Source of the DNA: Olavius algarvensis Delta 4 endosymbiont
GTDB taxonomy: Bacteria > Desulfobacterota > Desulfobacteria > Desulfobacterales > CAJINA01
NCBI GenBank assembly: GCA_905176665.1
Contig: CAJINA010000005.1
Span: 33,346-97,345 of the forward strand
DNA: 64,000 bases
Direction of reading: 5' to 3'
This document shows, piece after piece, positions 42,718-52,375 of the stretch. Under the pieces are notes generated by a model. That model searched no databases, had not been told where the DNA came from, and worked only from the letters and a program-made list of their open reading frames with translations. Both the position numbers and the translations under genes were made by a program. Position 1 is the first letter of the stretch, and each line of letters starts with the position of its first letter.

Positions 42718-45093
42718 GTGGGGGTGACACCGATGCAGACAAATGCCGCGATCAAACGGCAAAATCTGGAACAGGGCCTGTATCTGCAGGAAATCTGCAC
42801 CCGGATAGACAAAGCCCGGAACCTGCAGGAAACCCTGGGAACCATGATTCCGGAAATGGCCACCTGCATGAATGCCGAACGGCTGAGTATCTTTTCCTAC
42901 AACGGGCGGCAGCGTGAGCTGGTAACCCTGGTCAAGACCGGTGAAGATCTCTCTGAAATTCGCCTGCCCGTTTCTCCGAACAGCATCGTCGGTTATGCCG
43001 TGGGTAAACAGAAAACCCTGCGGGTGGCTGATGCCTACGACAACCTGGAGCTGGCCGGTATAGACCCCGGGTTGAAATTCGACGGTCGTTGGGATACCCG
43101 CTCGGGATACGCCACCCACCAGATCCTGGTAGTGCCCATTGCCTACAAATCCTTTACCCTGGGCGCCATCCAGGCCATCAACCGCAAAGACGGCCGTCCT
43201 TTTTCCGAGCGCGAGGAACAGGCCGCCGCTACCCTGGCCCGCCACCTGGGAACAGCCCTGTACAATCAAAAGCGCAACGCCCAGGTCCGCATCGAAAAAT
43301 TCGATTTTCTCCTGAAGCAGTTCCTGATTGGGCGTAAGGACCTGCACAAGGCCATGATCAGCGCCCAGAAAAGAGAAGAACCTGTTGAGGAGACCCTGCT
43401 GCGCAACTACAACATCTCCAAAGATGACCTGGGCAAGTCCCTGTCCGCCTACTACCGGGTCCCGTTTGTCTCTTTCAAGGACGGCACCCCCGTGGATGTC
43501 GATCTATTCAAAAACCTGAAGACCTCTTTTCTCCGCAACAACACCTGGGTGTCGCTCTGTATCGAAAAAGGGCGCATCATGGTGGCCATCGATGATCCCA
43601 CCAGCCTGCAGCGGGTCGATGAGATCAAGTCGATTTATTCTGATCAACAAGTCGGGTTCTGCGTCGCTTTGAGAAAAGAGATCCAACGGTATATCGATTG
43701 CTGTGAAAAGGCGCTAAGAATGCGGTCTGCGGCCCTTGAGAAACCGGCGAAACGGACCGCTGGCAAAAAGATTGCCCCCGGAGAAGGTGACGGAAATGAG
43801 CCGGACGGCAGCCGCGATATTCCGACCCTGGCCGAGATCGCCGCGTCCGAAGAACCCGCGGTGATCGAAGAGGTCCTTTTCCAGGAAGGCAGTGAAGCGG
43901 CCAAACTGGTCAATGATATCATCGTGTCCGCCTATGAGCGGGGGACCTCGGACATTCACATCGAACCGCAGCCGGACAAAAAAGGCACCCAGGTCCGCTT
44001 TCGAGTCGACGGGATGTGCAACGAGTATAAAACCATTCCCCGCAAACACCAGCAGGCCCTGGTATCACGGTTGAAGATCATGGCGGATCTCGACATTGCC
44101 GAACGGCGCATTCCCCAGGATGGGAAGATCAAGTTCAAAAAGTTCGGGGGCCTCGATGTGGAATTACGGGTTGCCACCGTCCCGACCCATGGAACCGGGG
44201 AGACGGTCGCCCTCCGCATCCTGGCCAACAGTAAACCCATGCCCCTGGAGAACCTGGGATTTTCCAAGCACAATTATGAAAACTTCAAATCTTCGATCTC
44301 CAACCCCTACGGCATAGTTTTCGTCTGCGGTCCCACCGGCAGCGGTAAGACCACCACCCTGCACTCGGCCCTGGGGCATATCAACAAGCCCGAGCGAAAA
44401 ATTTGGACGGCTGAGGACCCGATCGAAATCACCCAGGCGGGTCTCAGCCAGGTCCAGGTGAAACCCAAAATCGGTTTCGATTTTGCCGCCGCCCTGCGCG
44501 CGTTTTTACGGGCGGATCCGGATGTCATCATGGTGGGGGAGATGCGGGACCGCGAAACTGCCCAGATAGGGATCGAGGCCTCCTTGACCGGCCACCTGGT
44601 TTTTTCTACCCTGCACACCAACAGTGCACCGGAAAGCATCACCCGCCTGCTGAACATGGGCATGGAACCATTCAGTTTCGCGGACGCGATATTGTCCATC
44701 CTGGCCCAGCGCCTGGCGCCCACCCTCTGCGAGACCTGTAAACAGACGTTTCATCCCACGCCGAAGCAGTTTAAACAGATGGTCGCGGAGTACGGCGGCG
44801 AGCGGCTGTACAAACAGAAAAAACTGCCACCCTACCGTGATAATATGACCCTCTACCGGGCCAATGGTTGCGATGGGTGCAACTACACCGGGTATCGCGG
44901 CCGCATGGGTTTGCATGAACTACTCATGGGTACGGATGTCATCAAGAAGTTAATTGAAACCCAGGCGCTGGTTGAAGCTATCCGTACCCAGGCCATCAAG
45001 GACGGTATGACGACCCTCAAGCAGGACGGGATGGACAAAGTGCTCCAGGGTAAAACCGATCTGCAGCAGATCCGCCGGGTGTGTATGGCTTGA
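42718..45093 (+). CDS. GAF-domain PilB/GspE family secretion ATPase
   Basis: N-terminal GAF (NSIVGYA..LGAIQAINRKD..F), SDIHIEP, Walker A GPTGSGKTTT, LRADPDVIMVGEMRD, TGHLVFSTLHTN, Zn CxxC pairs. Confidence 0.92.
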   Translation: MGVTPMQTNAAIKRQNLEQGLYLQEICTRIDKARNLQETLGTMIPEMATCMNAERLSIFSYNGRQRELVTLVKTGEDLSEIRLPVSPNSIVGYAVGKQKTLRVADAYDNLELAGIDPGLKFDGRWDTRSGYATHQILVVPIAYKSFTLGAIQAINRKDGRPFSEREEQAAATLARHLGTALYNQKRNAQVRIEKFDFLLKQFLIGRKDLHKAMISAQKREEPVEETLLRNYNISKDDLGKSLSAYYRVPFVSFKDGTPVDVDLFKNLKTSFLRNNTWVSLCIEKGRIMVAIDDPTSLQRVDEIKSIYSDQQVGFCVALRKEIQRYIDCCEKALRMRSAALEKPAKRTAGKKIAPGEGDGNEPDGSRDIPTLAEIAASEEPAVIEEVLFQEGSEAAKLVNDIIVSAYERGTSDIHIEPQPDKKGTQVRFRVDGMCNEYKTIPRKHQQALVSRLKIMADLDIAERRIPQDGKIKFKKFGGLDVELRVATVPTHGTGETVALRILANSKPMPLENLGFSKHNYENFKSSISNPYGIVFVCGPTGSGKTTTLHSALGHINKPERKIWTAEDPIEITQAGLSQVQVKPKIGFDFAAALRAFLRADPDVIMVGEMRDRETAQIGIEASLTGHLVFSTLHTNSAPESITRLLNMGMEPFSFADAILSILAQRLAPTLCETCKQTFHPTPKQFKQMVAEYGGERLYKQKKLPPYRDNMTLYRANGCDGCNYTGYRGRMGLHELLMGTDVIKKLIETQALVEAIRTQAIKDGMTTLKQDGMDKVLQGKTDLQQIRRVCMA

Positions 45094-45094
45094 T

Positions 45095-45241
45095 TGGAAC
45101 CTATCTCAAAAAAGTCTTTTGGCCCAAACTCGGCGTTGGGCGCTCGGAATAAATCCTCGAAATACCCGATGTATTCCTCCGGTTTATTCCTCACGGCCGC
45201 CTTGATTTTGAACCAAAATACGTTTTCTGAGATGGGTTCCA
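45095..45241. repeat. palindromic MITE-like element, copy D
   Basis: TGGAACCTATCTCA / TGAGATGGGTTCCA termini; core is the reverse complement of copies B and E. Confidence 0.8.
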
Positions 45242-45308
45242 GGAAATTAGGCTGCAGGTGGGAGGTGGGTGGTAGAAGGCTTTGCGGGAAACCATTTTGA
45301 AACTGGCG

Positions 45309-46487
45309 TTAGTTAAGTTCTGCTGCGCGTATGGTCAAACTGATCAACTTATACCCCGCATTCGTTTTTAGAAAATCAAAGTGGTCCTGGAAGGCTCTTC
45401 CGTCGATCTGCCGATTGATCACCACGTTCATTACCGGGGACTGCCATAGTTTGGGGTCGCCGCAATTATTGAAATAAGGGTCGAACTCGTCACCCTTGAA
45501 AATAAAGGGGTTCAGACCGGACATGGATATGAAATAGTCGGTGTCTGATTTAAGCAGGGCCGCCAGTCTGTCATGGATAAGTTCAAAGTTGCGCTCGATG
45601 AAAGCGCGGCTGGCTGCCCGCTTCCAGCCCTCCGGTTCTTTCCAGAAAAATATCGCGTGGTAGGTGTTGTTAGCAAGGGCAACCACCGTAAGGGCTGCCA
45701 GCAAATCGGTCTGCAGCCAATTTTCAAACTCCTGATTAAAATCGATGAACGCATAATATCGGCCGTCTGAAGCGAGATAGATCCGGCGGGTGTCGTTCGG
45801 TGCAGGTTTGGGTCCGATATCTACGGAGAAGAGATCCAAACGGGCCCCGCCTTTGAAATCCACAATAAGGATACGGTTGCTGGTATCGAGTAGTACTTCC
45901 CGGCCGCCTTCCCAGGTAAAATGGTTGCAGTCGGCATGCTGCTGCTTGTCCCAATACGCTTTGCGGGCGCCCTGCAACCCGACCACCAGGCCGTTGCGCG
46001 CCTGGGTTAAAGCATCGTATGCGGCGGGGATGGCAATCTCACCATTGCGGTCGTAAAGGCCGACCTTTTCCGTGGCCGGATCCCGGAAGCGGATAAAGCC
46101 CTCACTTTCACAATCCGGACTGTTGTCGTGGACATAGATGCTGTCACGGCCCACTTTTTTCCCGGACCGGGTCAGGTAATAGCTGTCATAGCTGTCCTCT
46201 TTTTGCTCCATGACTGCCATGATGTGATCGAACTTGCGGGCAATGGTAAATCCTGAATACCGGGGTTCAATTTTGATTCGGCCTTGCGCATCCTTGAACC
46301 CTATCAAGTCCGAATCAGCCGGTAGAAAAGCCGTCCAGGTATCTTTGCGAGCATGGAGCGAACACCCTGAAAAGGCCAAGGCGAGCCACAGCAGAACGGT
46401 GGCCACGCAGAGGAAAATTCCGGCAGTCGGCCGACGCGTTACCTTAACCATGGGTATGATGTGTATGGTTTTTAGGGGAGCGACCAT
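45309..46487 (-). CDS. WG-repeat-like putative lipoprotein (start uncertain)
   Basis: Lipobox-like AFSGC; IGFKDAQGRIKIEPRY and VGLYDRNGEIAIPAAY repeats. Confidence 0.7.
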   Translation of the reverse strand: MVAPLKTIHIIPMVKVTRRPTAGIFLCVATVLLWLALAFSGCSLHARKDTWTAFLPADSDLIGFKDAQGRIKIEPRYSGFTIARKFDHIMAVMEQKEDSYDSYYLTRSGKKVGRDSIYVHDNSPDCESEGFIRFRDPATEKVGLYDRNGEIAIPAAYDALTQARNGLVVGLQGARKAYWDKQQHADCNHFTWEGGREVLLDTSNRILIVDFKGGARLDLFSVDIGPKPAPNDTRRIYLASDGRYYAFIDFNQEFENWLQTDLLAALTVVALANNTYHAIFFWKEPEGWKRAASRAFIERNFELIHDRLAALLKSDTDYFISMSGLNPFIFKGDEFDPYFNNCGDPKLWQSPVMNVVINRQIDGRAFQDHFDFLKTNAGYKLISLTIRAAELN

Positions 46488-46495
46488 AAACGCAC

Positions 46496-46918
46496 CTAGC
46501 GATGCCAGAAACAGCGACTGCTGGAAAGCAGCGCGATACCAATTGAAAGTTCCAGAATAGCCAGGGGTATAAGCAGCCGATAATCCCCTTGCGCCATCCT
46601 TGAAAAAGTGATTCCCAAGGCTACCATCAAGCCCAAAAAAATGAAAAACCGGGCCCGGTAAAACTGCCAGATCATTGGATTTTCAAGGGACTCGATTCGA
46701 TGCAGGTTTTTGCGGCATAGGCTTGCGAACAGGTATTTGCCCTTGATCAACCCGATGCCGATCCCGCCCAGGATGGCCAGCAATACCCAGGGCGGTGCGG
46801 CCCCAATTTCGTTGGCCGCCAGAAACAGGCCGGAGCTTTTGATGATCAGAACCCCCACACCCGGGTACCACACCAGGGCCGCCAGGATTTTCAAGGTGAT
46901 TTTAGTCGTGTTGAACAT
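46496..46918 (-). CDS. hypothetical membrane protein
   Basis: Four hydrophobic segments, 140 aa. Confidence 0.7.
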   Translation of the reverse strand: MFNTTKITLKILAALVWYPGVGVLIIKSSGLFLAANEIGAAPPWVLLAILGGIGIGLIKGKYLFASLCRKNLHRIESLENPMIWQFYRARFFIFLGLMVALGITFSRMAQGDYRLLIPLAILELSIGIALLSSSRCFWHR

Positions 46919-46974
46919 AGAGGTAACATGTATTTAGTCGTGCGCCCATTGCCGAGTTTGGACCAAAAGATTTA

Positions 46975-47325
46975 CTACTTTGTCAGTTTATAGCGCCTTC
47001 GCAATCTTTGGCTGTGAAAAAGCAAGGCCGAACAGCCTGTAAACAGCGCCACGGCACCGATAATAATGGCCAGGCGCGTCCAGGGCTGTTCCATGGCCCG
47101 CCGCATGTCCACTAGGACCACCAGCGTCCGGATCCATTCTATCATTCCCAGCAGCAACGCAACTTGCATCAACCTGGCCACCCAGGCCTGCCTGTAAAAC
47201 AGCAGCATCGGCAACAGCGCCAGAAGGATGACCAGAACCAGCAGGCCCGATCGGTAAAAATGGGCGCCAAGCACCAGGGTGCTCAGTATGGCGGGCAGCA
47301 ACAACAGCAGATTCAAGGTGTCCAA
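46975..47325 (-). CDS. hypothetical membrane protein
   Basis: Hydrophobic 116-aa ORF, LGAHFYR, PWTRLAII; GAGGA RBS. Confidence 0.7.
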   Translation of the reverse strand: MDTLNLLLLLPAILSTLVLGAHFYRSGLLVLVILLALLPMLLFYRQAWVARLMQVALLLGMIEWIRTLVVLVDMRRAMEQPWTRLAIIIGAVALFTGCSALLFHSQRLRRRYKLTK

Positions 47326-47338
47326 TCCTCAGCGTACG

Positions 47339-47755
47339 TTAAGCCGGAGATTTTTGCATGCATATCTTGGTATGCTCGCCGCAAAAGCCATCCAACCGAC
47401 CAAAAGCGGCGTAGCCATGCTTTGCGTAGAATCCAGGTGACTGGAAACTGTAGGTATATAAGTAAGCACTGCGGCATCTTTTTGCCACCCCTTTTTGCTC
47501 GGCAGCCAGCAGGAGTTTCGTGCCCAGGCCTTTGGCGCGTTCATCCCTTGCGATCCACAAACCCCTGATATAGAGCCAGCCGCCGCCGGCCCGGCAGTCG
47601 ATTCCGGCCACCATTGCTGCGACCCTATTTACATACTTGAAACAAAAGGGCTCTTATCCATAGTTTGGGACACGGGTCCTGTTGTAGTTGAACAGCTCTT
47701 TTTCTAGAAATGTCTGGTCTTGCTCGAGTGAATTCGGATTGTAGATCAAATTCAT
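47339..47755 (-). pseudogene. GNAT acetyltransferase with internal TAA stop
   Basis: Frame from ATG 47755 reads MNLIYNP...VPNYG*EPF...WLYIRGLWI..ERAKGLGTKLL..TYSFQSPGFY; in-frame TAA at 47656-47654. Confidence 0.75.
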
Positions 47756-47818
47756 AGTCATGACTGGTATAGTACAGGTTACCGGCAAGTTCAGCGAACA
47801 GTCCGCAATTGGTTGGAT

Positions 47819-48142
47819 CTATGCATAAGTTCTTGTTTCTATCAACTCATAGTGCCTGGATTCCTGATCCCAGCGCTTTAATACCTTGCGGGCGGCCTCC
47901 GGAACGTAACTCTTTTGATATTCTTCACCCTGAAAATCAATGACATTCTGCAAAGACTCGAAAGTCATAATGGTTACAAACTCGACTTCAGTTGCCAGCT
48001 CAATTCGCAACACTTCAATTTTTTGGTACCCGGGAATCTGCTTGGCCTCGATGCCGGGCAGCACTTTTTTGCTTAATATCGCCTGATAGCTGTCCGCATT
48101 TTCTTTCGTGGTCCATCCATGCCACACTCTTTTTACGGCCAT
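47819..48142 (-). CDS. antibiotic biosynthesis monooxygenase-like small protein
   Basis: RVWHGWTT, EVEFVTIMTFESL, FQGEEY..YVP..AR.VL. Confidence 0.75.
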   Translation of the reverse strand: MAVKRVWHGWTTKENADSYQAILSKKVLPGIEAKQIPGYQKIEVLRIELATEVEFVTIMTFESLQNVIDFQGEEYQKSYVPEAARKVLKRWDQESRHYELIETRTYA

Positions 48143-48477
48143 GCGCGCGCTCCTTTGAGTTCATATATGTGGGCCTTTACAACTGAGCCGTCCCGTAGTT
48201 TGGCTGTCGTAAGGACGCGCTCATATCCATCGCCTTCGAACATGTCCAGACGGACCCAATGTTCCGATAGCGCCGCGGAGGTTAATAGGAAACCGTTTAC
48301 TTCAGAGCCAGATTCATCCAGCACAATTCCGGGATATCCCTCCGCCGCCCCCCAGCCTTCCTGGAGCAGTTTGCCCTTCACGATAGCGGGTTCCCACTTG
48401 CCGGGCACTTCGGCCAGCACATGTTCGTTAGGCCGACCCGGGGCAAGGGTTCCGTATACGAATAATCGGTTGAACAT
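48133..48477 (-). CDS. gamma-glutamylcyclotransferase (AIG2-like/YtfP family)
   Basis: LFVYGTLAPG, GYPGI, LDMFEGDGYER. Confidence 0.88.
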   Translation of the reverse strand: MFNRLFVYGTLAPGRPNEHVLAEVPGKWEPAIVKGKLLQEGWGAAEGYPGIVLDESGSEVNGFLLTSAALSEHWVRLDMFEGDGYERVLTTAKLRDGSVVKAHIYELKGARAWP

Positions 48478-48614
48478 GGGTCTTAACCACGCGCGATGGG
48501 TTACGTTAGGTTTTCTGGAACACAACCACGGATCACGACTGGAGCTATAGATTAACTTTCTTTATCCGGGTATTTGTCGGAGCATAATTGCCCTCCGGCG
48601 CCCTAGTTACCAGC

Positions 48615-49085
48615 TTACCTGTTAGGATTGGGCGCTACGCCGAAGACAACCTTTGTAGGGTTCTTGTAGTTTTTTAGAAAATCCTCTGCAGTTATAGCCG
48701 AAATGCCGCAATAACCTTTTAATACCGGGGCTGTCTCGAAAAACAATGCGTCACCGGATTGTATGGTGATATTCGCAGCATTGCTGTGCCAGTCGCCGTC
48801 GCCAAAGCAATGAACCGTGAACTGGTAATCCCCGGGCTGAATTTTGAACGAAGTGTAATCACCGGACCTGAGTGCCGTGATTGTTATCGCGTCCAGGCCG
48901 ATCCAGTAGTATGCCGCACTGGCAAAAACCGATTCTGTTCTTGAAATATGAATATTAGCTGTAGCTTCTTGGGTATTGATGCTCGGAGTACGTTCAATAT
49001 ATTTTTGTGGTATCCCGGTATTGATCGTTTGCACCGAAGAGCAACTACAAAGTATCAAGAATATTACTATGCGCATATATTTCAT
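48615..49085 (-). CDS. putative lipoprotein (DUF2846-like)
   Basis: Lipobox-like LCSC; LRSGDYTSFKIQPGDY. Confidence 0.6.
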   Translation of the reverse strand: MKYMRIVIFLILCSCSSVQTINTGIPQKYIERTPSINTQEATANIHISRTESVFASAAYYWIGLDAITITALRSGDYTSFKIQPGDYQFTVHCFGDGDWHSNAANITIQSGDALFFETAPVLKGYCGISAITAEDFLKNYKNPTKVVFGVAPNPNR

Positions 49086-49181
49086 ATTACATCCCAAAGA
49101 ATGGCTGCCGTCCAGACCCATCGGTCGGCAGCGCAGTCGGGCTGGAAATTCCCGGGCAGCAGTTTGTGAGGTTCTGTTTAT

Positions 49182-50144
49182 TCAATTCAATGTTACGACT
49201 ATTTTTCCCTTAAAACGCCCTTCTCCAAAATAGCGGAACGCATCCGCAGTTTCTTCAAGTGGGAAACATTTATCTATAACAGGCTTCAGCTTACCCCCTT
49301 CGAATAGCGCTACTAAATATTCCACATCCTTGTTTGCTTTGTAGCCGACCATATGCATTTTACATTTTCCGGCCAGTTTCTTAAAAAACAATAACTGCAG
49401 GATTCGCGCAGTTTTGCCTCCGACGGTCACATAGCGGCCATCCGGACATAGTGCGCGTTTATGATCAAATATAGAGCGAGTTGTTTTCACATCAAAAATC
49501 AAATCATAGGTGCGGCCGTTTTTGGTAAAATCTTCTTTTGTATAGTCAATTAGATGGTCCGCGCCCAGGGTGCGCAGCAGGTCTAATTTCTCGGTGCGAT
49601 CAACGGCGGTTATTTCCACATCGAATAATTTTGCGATCTGAATCGCCAGGGTGCCCGTACTGCCGCCCCCGCCGTTAATCAATACCGTCTGCCCTGATTT
49701 AATCCTTCCAAAATCTATCAGGCCCTGTACCGCAAGGTTGCCTCCATGCGACAGGCAGGCTGCTTCCTCGAAGGTCATATTTTCAGGTTTAAGAAATAGC
49801 GCGCTTTCAAAGGCACAGGTATATTCAGCAAAGGCGCCCCAACCAGTCTCCGCCAGGTCGCCGAACACTTCGTCTCCAACCTGAAATAGTTTTACATTCT
49901 GCCCGACCGCTTCGACTTGTCCGGCGATGTCACACCCGTGAATCAGCTTGCATTTCGGTTTTAATAGGCCACCGAAAAAGCGATACTCTAAGGGCTTACC
50001 TGTCAACATATCCCAGTCCCATGAATTTATGGATACAGCCTGAAGTTTTACCAAAACTTCGTCATCGCCTGGAATCGGTTTGGGGACCTCTTCAAATCTA
50101 AGGACATCGGGTGACCCATAGTTGTCGTAGACAATTGCTTTCAT
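49182..50144 (-). CDS. MDR-family NAD(P)H quinone oxidoreductase/alcohol dehydrogenase-like protein
   Basis: MKAIVYDNYGSPDVL, GCDIAGQVEAVG, VLINGGGG, GADHLIDYT, KGKIVV. Confidence 0.9.
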   Translation of the reverse strand: MKAIVYDNYGSPDVLRFEEVPKPIPGDDEVLVKLQAVSINSWDWDMLTGKPLEYRFFGGLLKPKCKLIHGCDIAGQVEAVGQNVKLFQVGDEVFGDLAETGWGAFAEYTCAFESALFLKPENMTFEEAACLSHGGNLAVQGLIDFGRIKSGQTVLINGGGGSTGTLAIQIAKLFDVEITAVDRTEKLDLLRTLGADHLIDYTKEDFTKNGRTYDLIFDVKTTRSIFDHKRALCPDGRYVTVGGKTARILQLLFFKKLAGKCKMHMVGYKANKDVEYLVALFEGGKLKPVIDKCFPLEETADAFRYFGEGRFKGKIVVTLN

Positions 50145-50227
50145 AATGATTTTATAGACTGCCTTGGGTTAGTCGCCATAGGTATGGCTCAAAAGCTGGA
50201 TGATCCAGCGGCTTGCCGTGGTTAAGC

Positions 50228-50812
50228 TCAGGTGCGCCTGATTTTGGGCGTCAACGAAAGCGATTGGTTAGCCAACACATCTTGATATTTAAACCATACC
50301 CAGCCTAATATCTGGAAATACATGACCCGTTGAATGATTCCCTGGTAATTGGGGAAGGATAGCATAAAAATCGGAAAGATGATGCTGACACCGGCCATGT
50401 AAAAGCAGATAATCCGGTGTAGTCCGTTCATAACGAATCCTTGCCAGAGCAACCCTATTGTCATGAGCGTACCCGCTATGCTGGCATTGATGCCGTGTAA
50501 GTCGTGGTACAGGGCGTTGTAGTTGATTGTTGCGTCTATCGGCTTATGCGGGAATATGCCAACAAGCGCCATGGATAGTCCATATAAAATGAAAGGGAGT
50601 ATTGGCTTGCGAAACCGTTTAATGCCATCAAAAGCAATCCCTCCGCCCAGGGCAATAAAAGCGCTAATCATAATAAAGTTATTCGGTGTGTGTTGTGCCC
50701 CCAGTTCGCTGATCAGGTTTGATACAAATGAATATTTTTGAACAGTGTAGAGTGGCCCGAGTAGAACCACTAATGCGAATATGAAGATCCCAGCTCTTGT
50801 TGTCGTGATCAT
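50228..50812 (-). CDS. DUF998 family membrane protein
   Basis: YSFVSNLISELGA, conserved LH, GIIQR; several TM segments. Confidence 0.75.
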   Translation of the reverse strand: MITTTRAGIFIFALVVLLGPLYTVQKYSFVSNLISELGAQHTPNNFIMISAFIALGGGIAFDGIKRFRKPILPFILYGLSMALVGIFPHKPIDATINYNALYHDLHGINASIAGTLMTIGLLWQGFVMNGLHRIICFYMAGVSIIFPIFMLSFPNYQGIIQRVMYFQILGWVWFKYQDVLANQSLSLTPKIRRT

Positions 50813-50868
50813 GATTGCTTAAAAGTGGATAACCGGTGAATATGTCTTCAGCGAACCTTTTTTAATTT

Positions 50869-51252
50869 TTATCTTAATGAATCCAATTGCGGTGTCATTT
50901 GGCGAATTTTCTTTAGTTCGGATTTGAGCCAATCCGCACATTTTACGGTTTCATCATTTAAGCAACTGACCAGGTAATAATTTCCGGACAGACTGCTTTT
51001 GGTGGCCGCATATTCTATGAAATCCTCGGATGATTTTATCAAGTCCTTGCTCAGAAAATAGCGATACTTTTTGGTAATATGTTCTGCCGCTTCACTGGAA
51101 CTGTACCAGGTGCCATTACGGTTGAACCGGCATGGAGAGCTTCTGATTAATTCAGTGAGCTTGTCGATCTCAGAACTTATTCCAGGCTCCAATGCATTTC
51201 CCTGAACTGGGCAGCTTATTGAAACCAACAGAATTACGATCCAGATTTTCAT
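50869..51252 (-). CDS. DUF5329/YfeK-like secreted protein
   Basis: Signal peptide; CRFNRNGTWY, AAEHITKKY, EDFIEYAATKSSLSG. Confidence 0.85.
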   Translation of the reverse strand: MKIWIVILLVSISCPVQGNALEPGISSEIDKLTELIRSSPCRFNRNGTWYSSSEAAEHITKKYRYFLSKDLIKSSEDFIEYAATKSSLSGNYYLVSCLNDETVKCADWLKSELKKIRQMTPQLDSLR

Positions 51253-51507
51253 GGTTTTAATTTAGATCTTGATGGCTTTTTACACGCTGGGGCCGGGGCA
51301 CCTGGAGCGCAGCGGCATAGACCCGCTGCGGCCAATTGTTAAGGTTACATATTGGCGTTCCATTCATATAGACCACCCCGGGGGCCTACTGCATTCTCTT
51401 TTATTTGATTGATTTTGAGTTGCAGGTTAAACGTCTTTGGCAGCCAGCCACCCACTCAAACGCCTTGCATTTATAACTCCAGGCCATTTTTATTCTTTAT
51501 TTAGAGT

Positions 51508-51572
51508 ATCCAACGGTTGAGCTGAAGCGCGCGCGGTTTTGCGTGTCGGCTGCTCCGGTGATTGGTTATATG
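51508..51572 (-). mobile_element. integron attC-like recombination site of the first cassette
   Basis: Minus strand CATATAAC-CAATC...CAGCCGAC...TTCAGCTCAACC-GTTGGAT directly after the stop of ORF 51574-51921. Confidence 0.7.
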
Positions 51573-51573
51573 T

Positions 51574-51921
51574 TTAACTTGGGTCATCAAGTTCAAAATA
51601 CATCACATAACCAGTATCCCAACGAATGTTGCATCTCTGACAAATGAATTTTCTTGACCTGTGTTTATTCCCCGGCACCAATGTATGCAACCATTTGCCA
51701 CAGGCAGGGCACTTACATAGCTTCATTCGGAAAACCAGCCAAGAAAACAGTAACACGGTATTAATTAGAAAGGAAAAAGCGAAAGTGTGACTAAATTCAA
51801 TTAAACCTCTTTGCTGAAAATAGATTCCAACACCAAAGGAAACCAGAGATAAAAGCAGTAATATGGCTCCAACGTAACTTGTCAATTTGAAATGTGTGGG
51901 GTGCCTTTTGATATTGTCCAT
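51574..51921 (-). CDS. hypothetical cassette protein, two TM helices plus CxxC...CxxC zinc ribbon
   Basis: CPACGKW and CQRCNIRW after two hydrophobic helices; AT-rich. Confidence 0.65.
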   Translation of the reverse strand: MDNIKRHPTHFKLTSYVGAILLLLSLVSFGVGIYFQQRGLIEFSHTFAFSFLINTVLLFSWLVFRMKLCKCPACGKWLHTLVPGNKHRSRKFICQRCNIRWDTGYVMYFELDDPS

Positions 51922-51928
51922 TATTTTA

Positions 51929-51949
51929 CATATAACTTATTGTTATATC
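51929..51949 (-). mobile_element. attI-like simple site
   Basis: GATATAAC-AATAA-GTTATATG; GTTATATG is the exact reverse complement of the CATATAAC that opens the attC at 51572. Confidence 0.6.
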
Positions 51950-52375
51950 TTTGGCGATTTTTTGGGCAGACGCTGGATATTTTGACGATTGAAACCAATC
52001 TGGAAAGTCATAGTGAGTATACACTAAACAAACTTATATTCAATACGTTAACTGGTTTCAACAATACATGGCGCGTCTTTTATAGCGAATGTTGCAGGTT
52101 TTTATCCAGTTTATTTCACTGGCGAATTTTTTGCTGAATTAGGTTTTGCAGATGGTCAGTGGGCAATAACGGACGTCTATTACTTTCTGCTTCAGCAAAT
52201 TACTTTTTAATGCCAAATGTACATGGGGGATCTCTATATCAGCCATCACAAATCTTACATCCAACTCCCGAGTGTACTGCTTGACAGCGTTTGTGGGGTG
52301 TGCTTATCTGAGCGCGTAGTTGAAATATCATGTAGTTCCAATACTCTGAGTCGAGTAGGCTTTTTGGGAGGTTAT

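Noticed and set aside
51921-51952. Chromosomal dif site
   Set aside because: The arm reads TTATATGTAAAA rather than TTATGTTAAAT, the spacer is 7 bp, and complementarity with the downstream attC core fits attI better.
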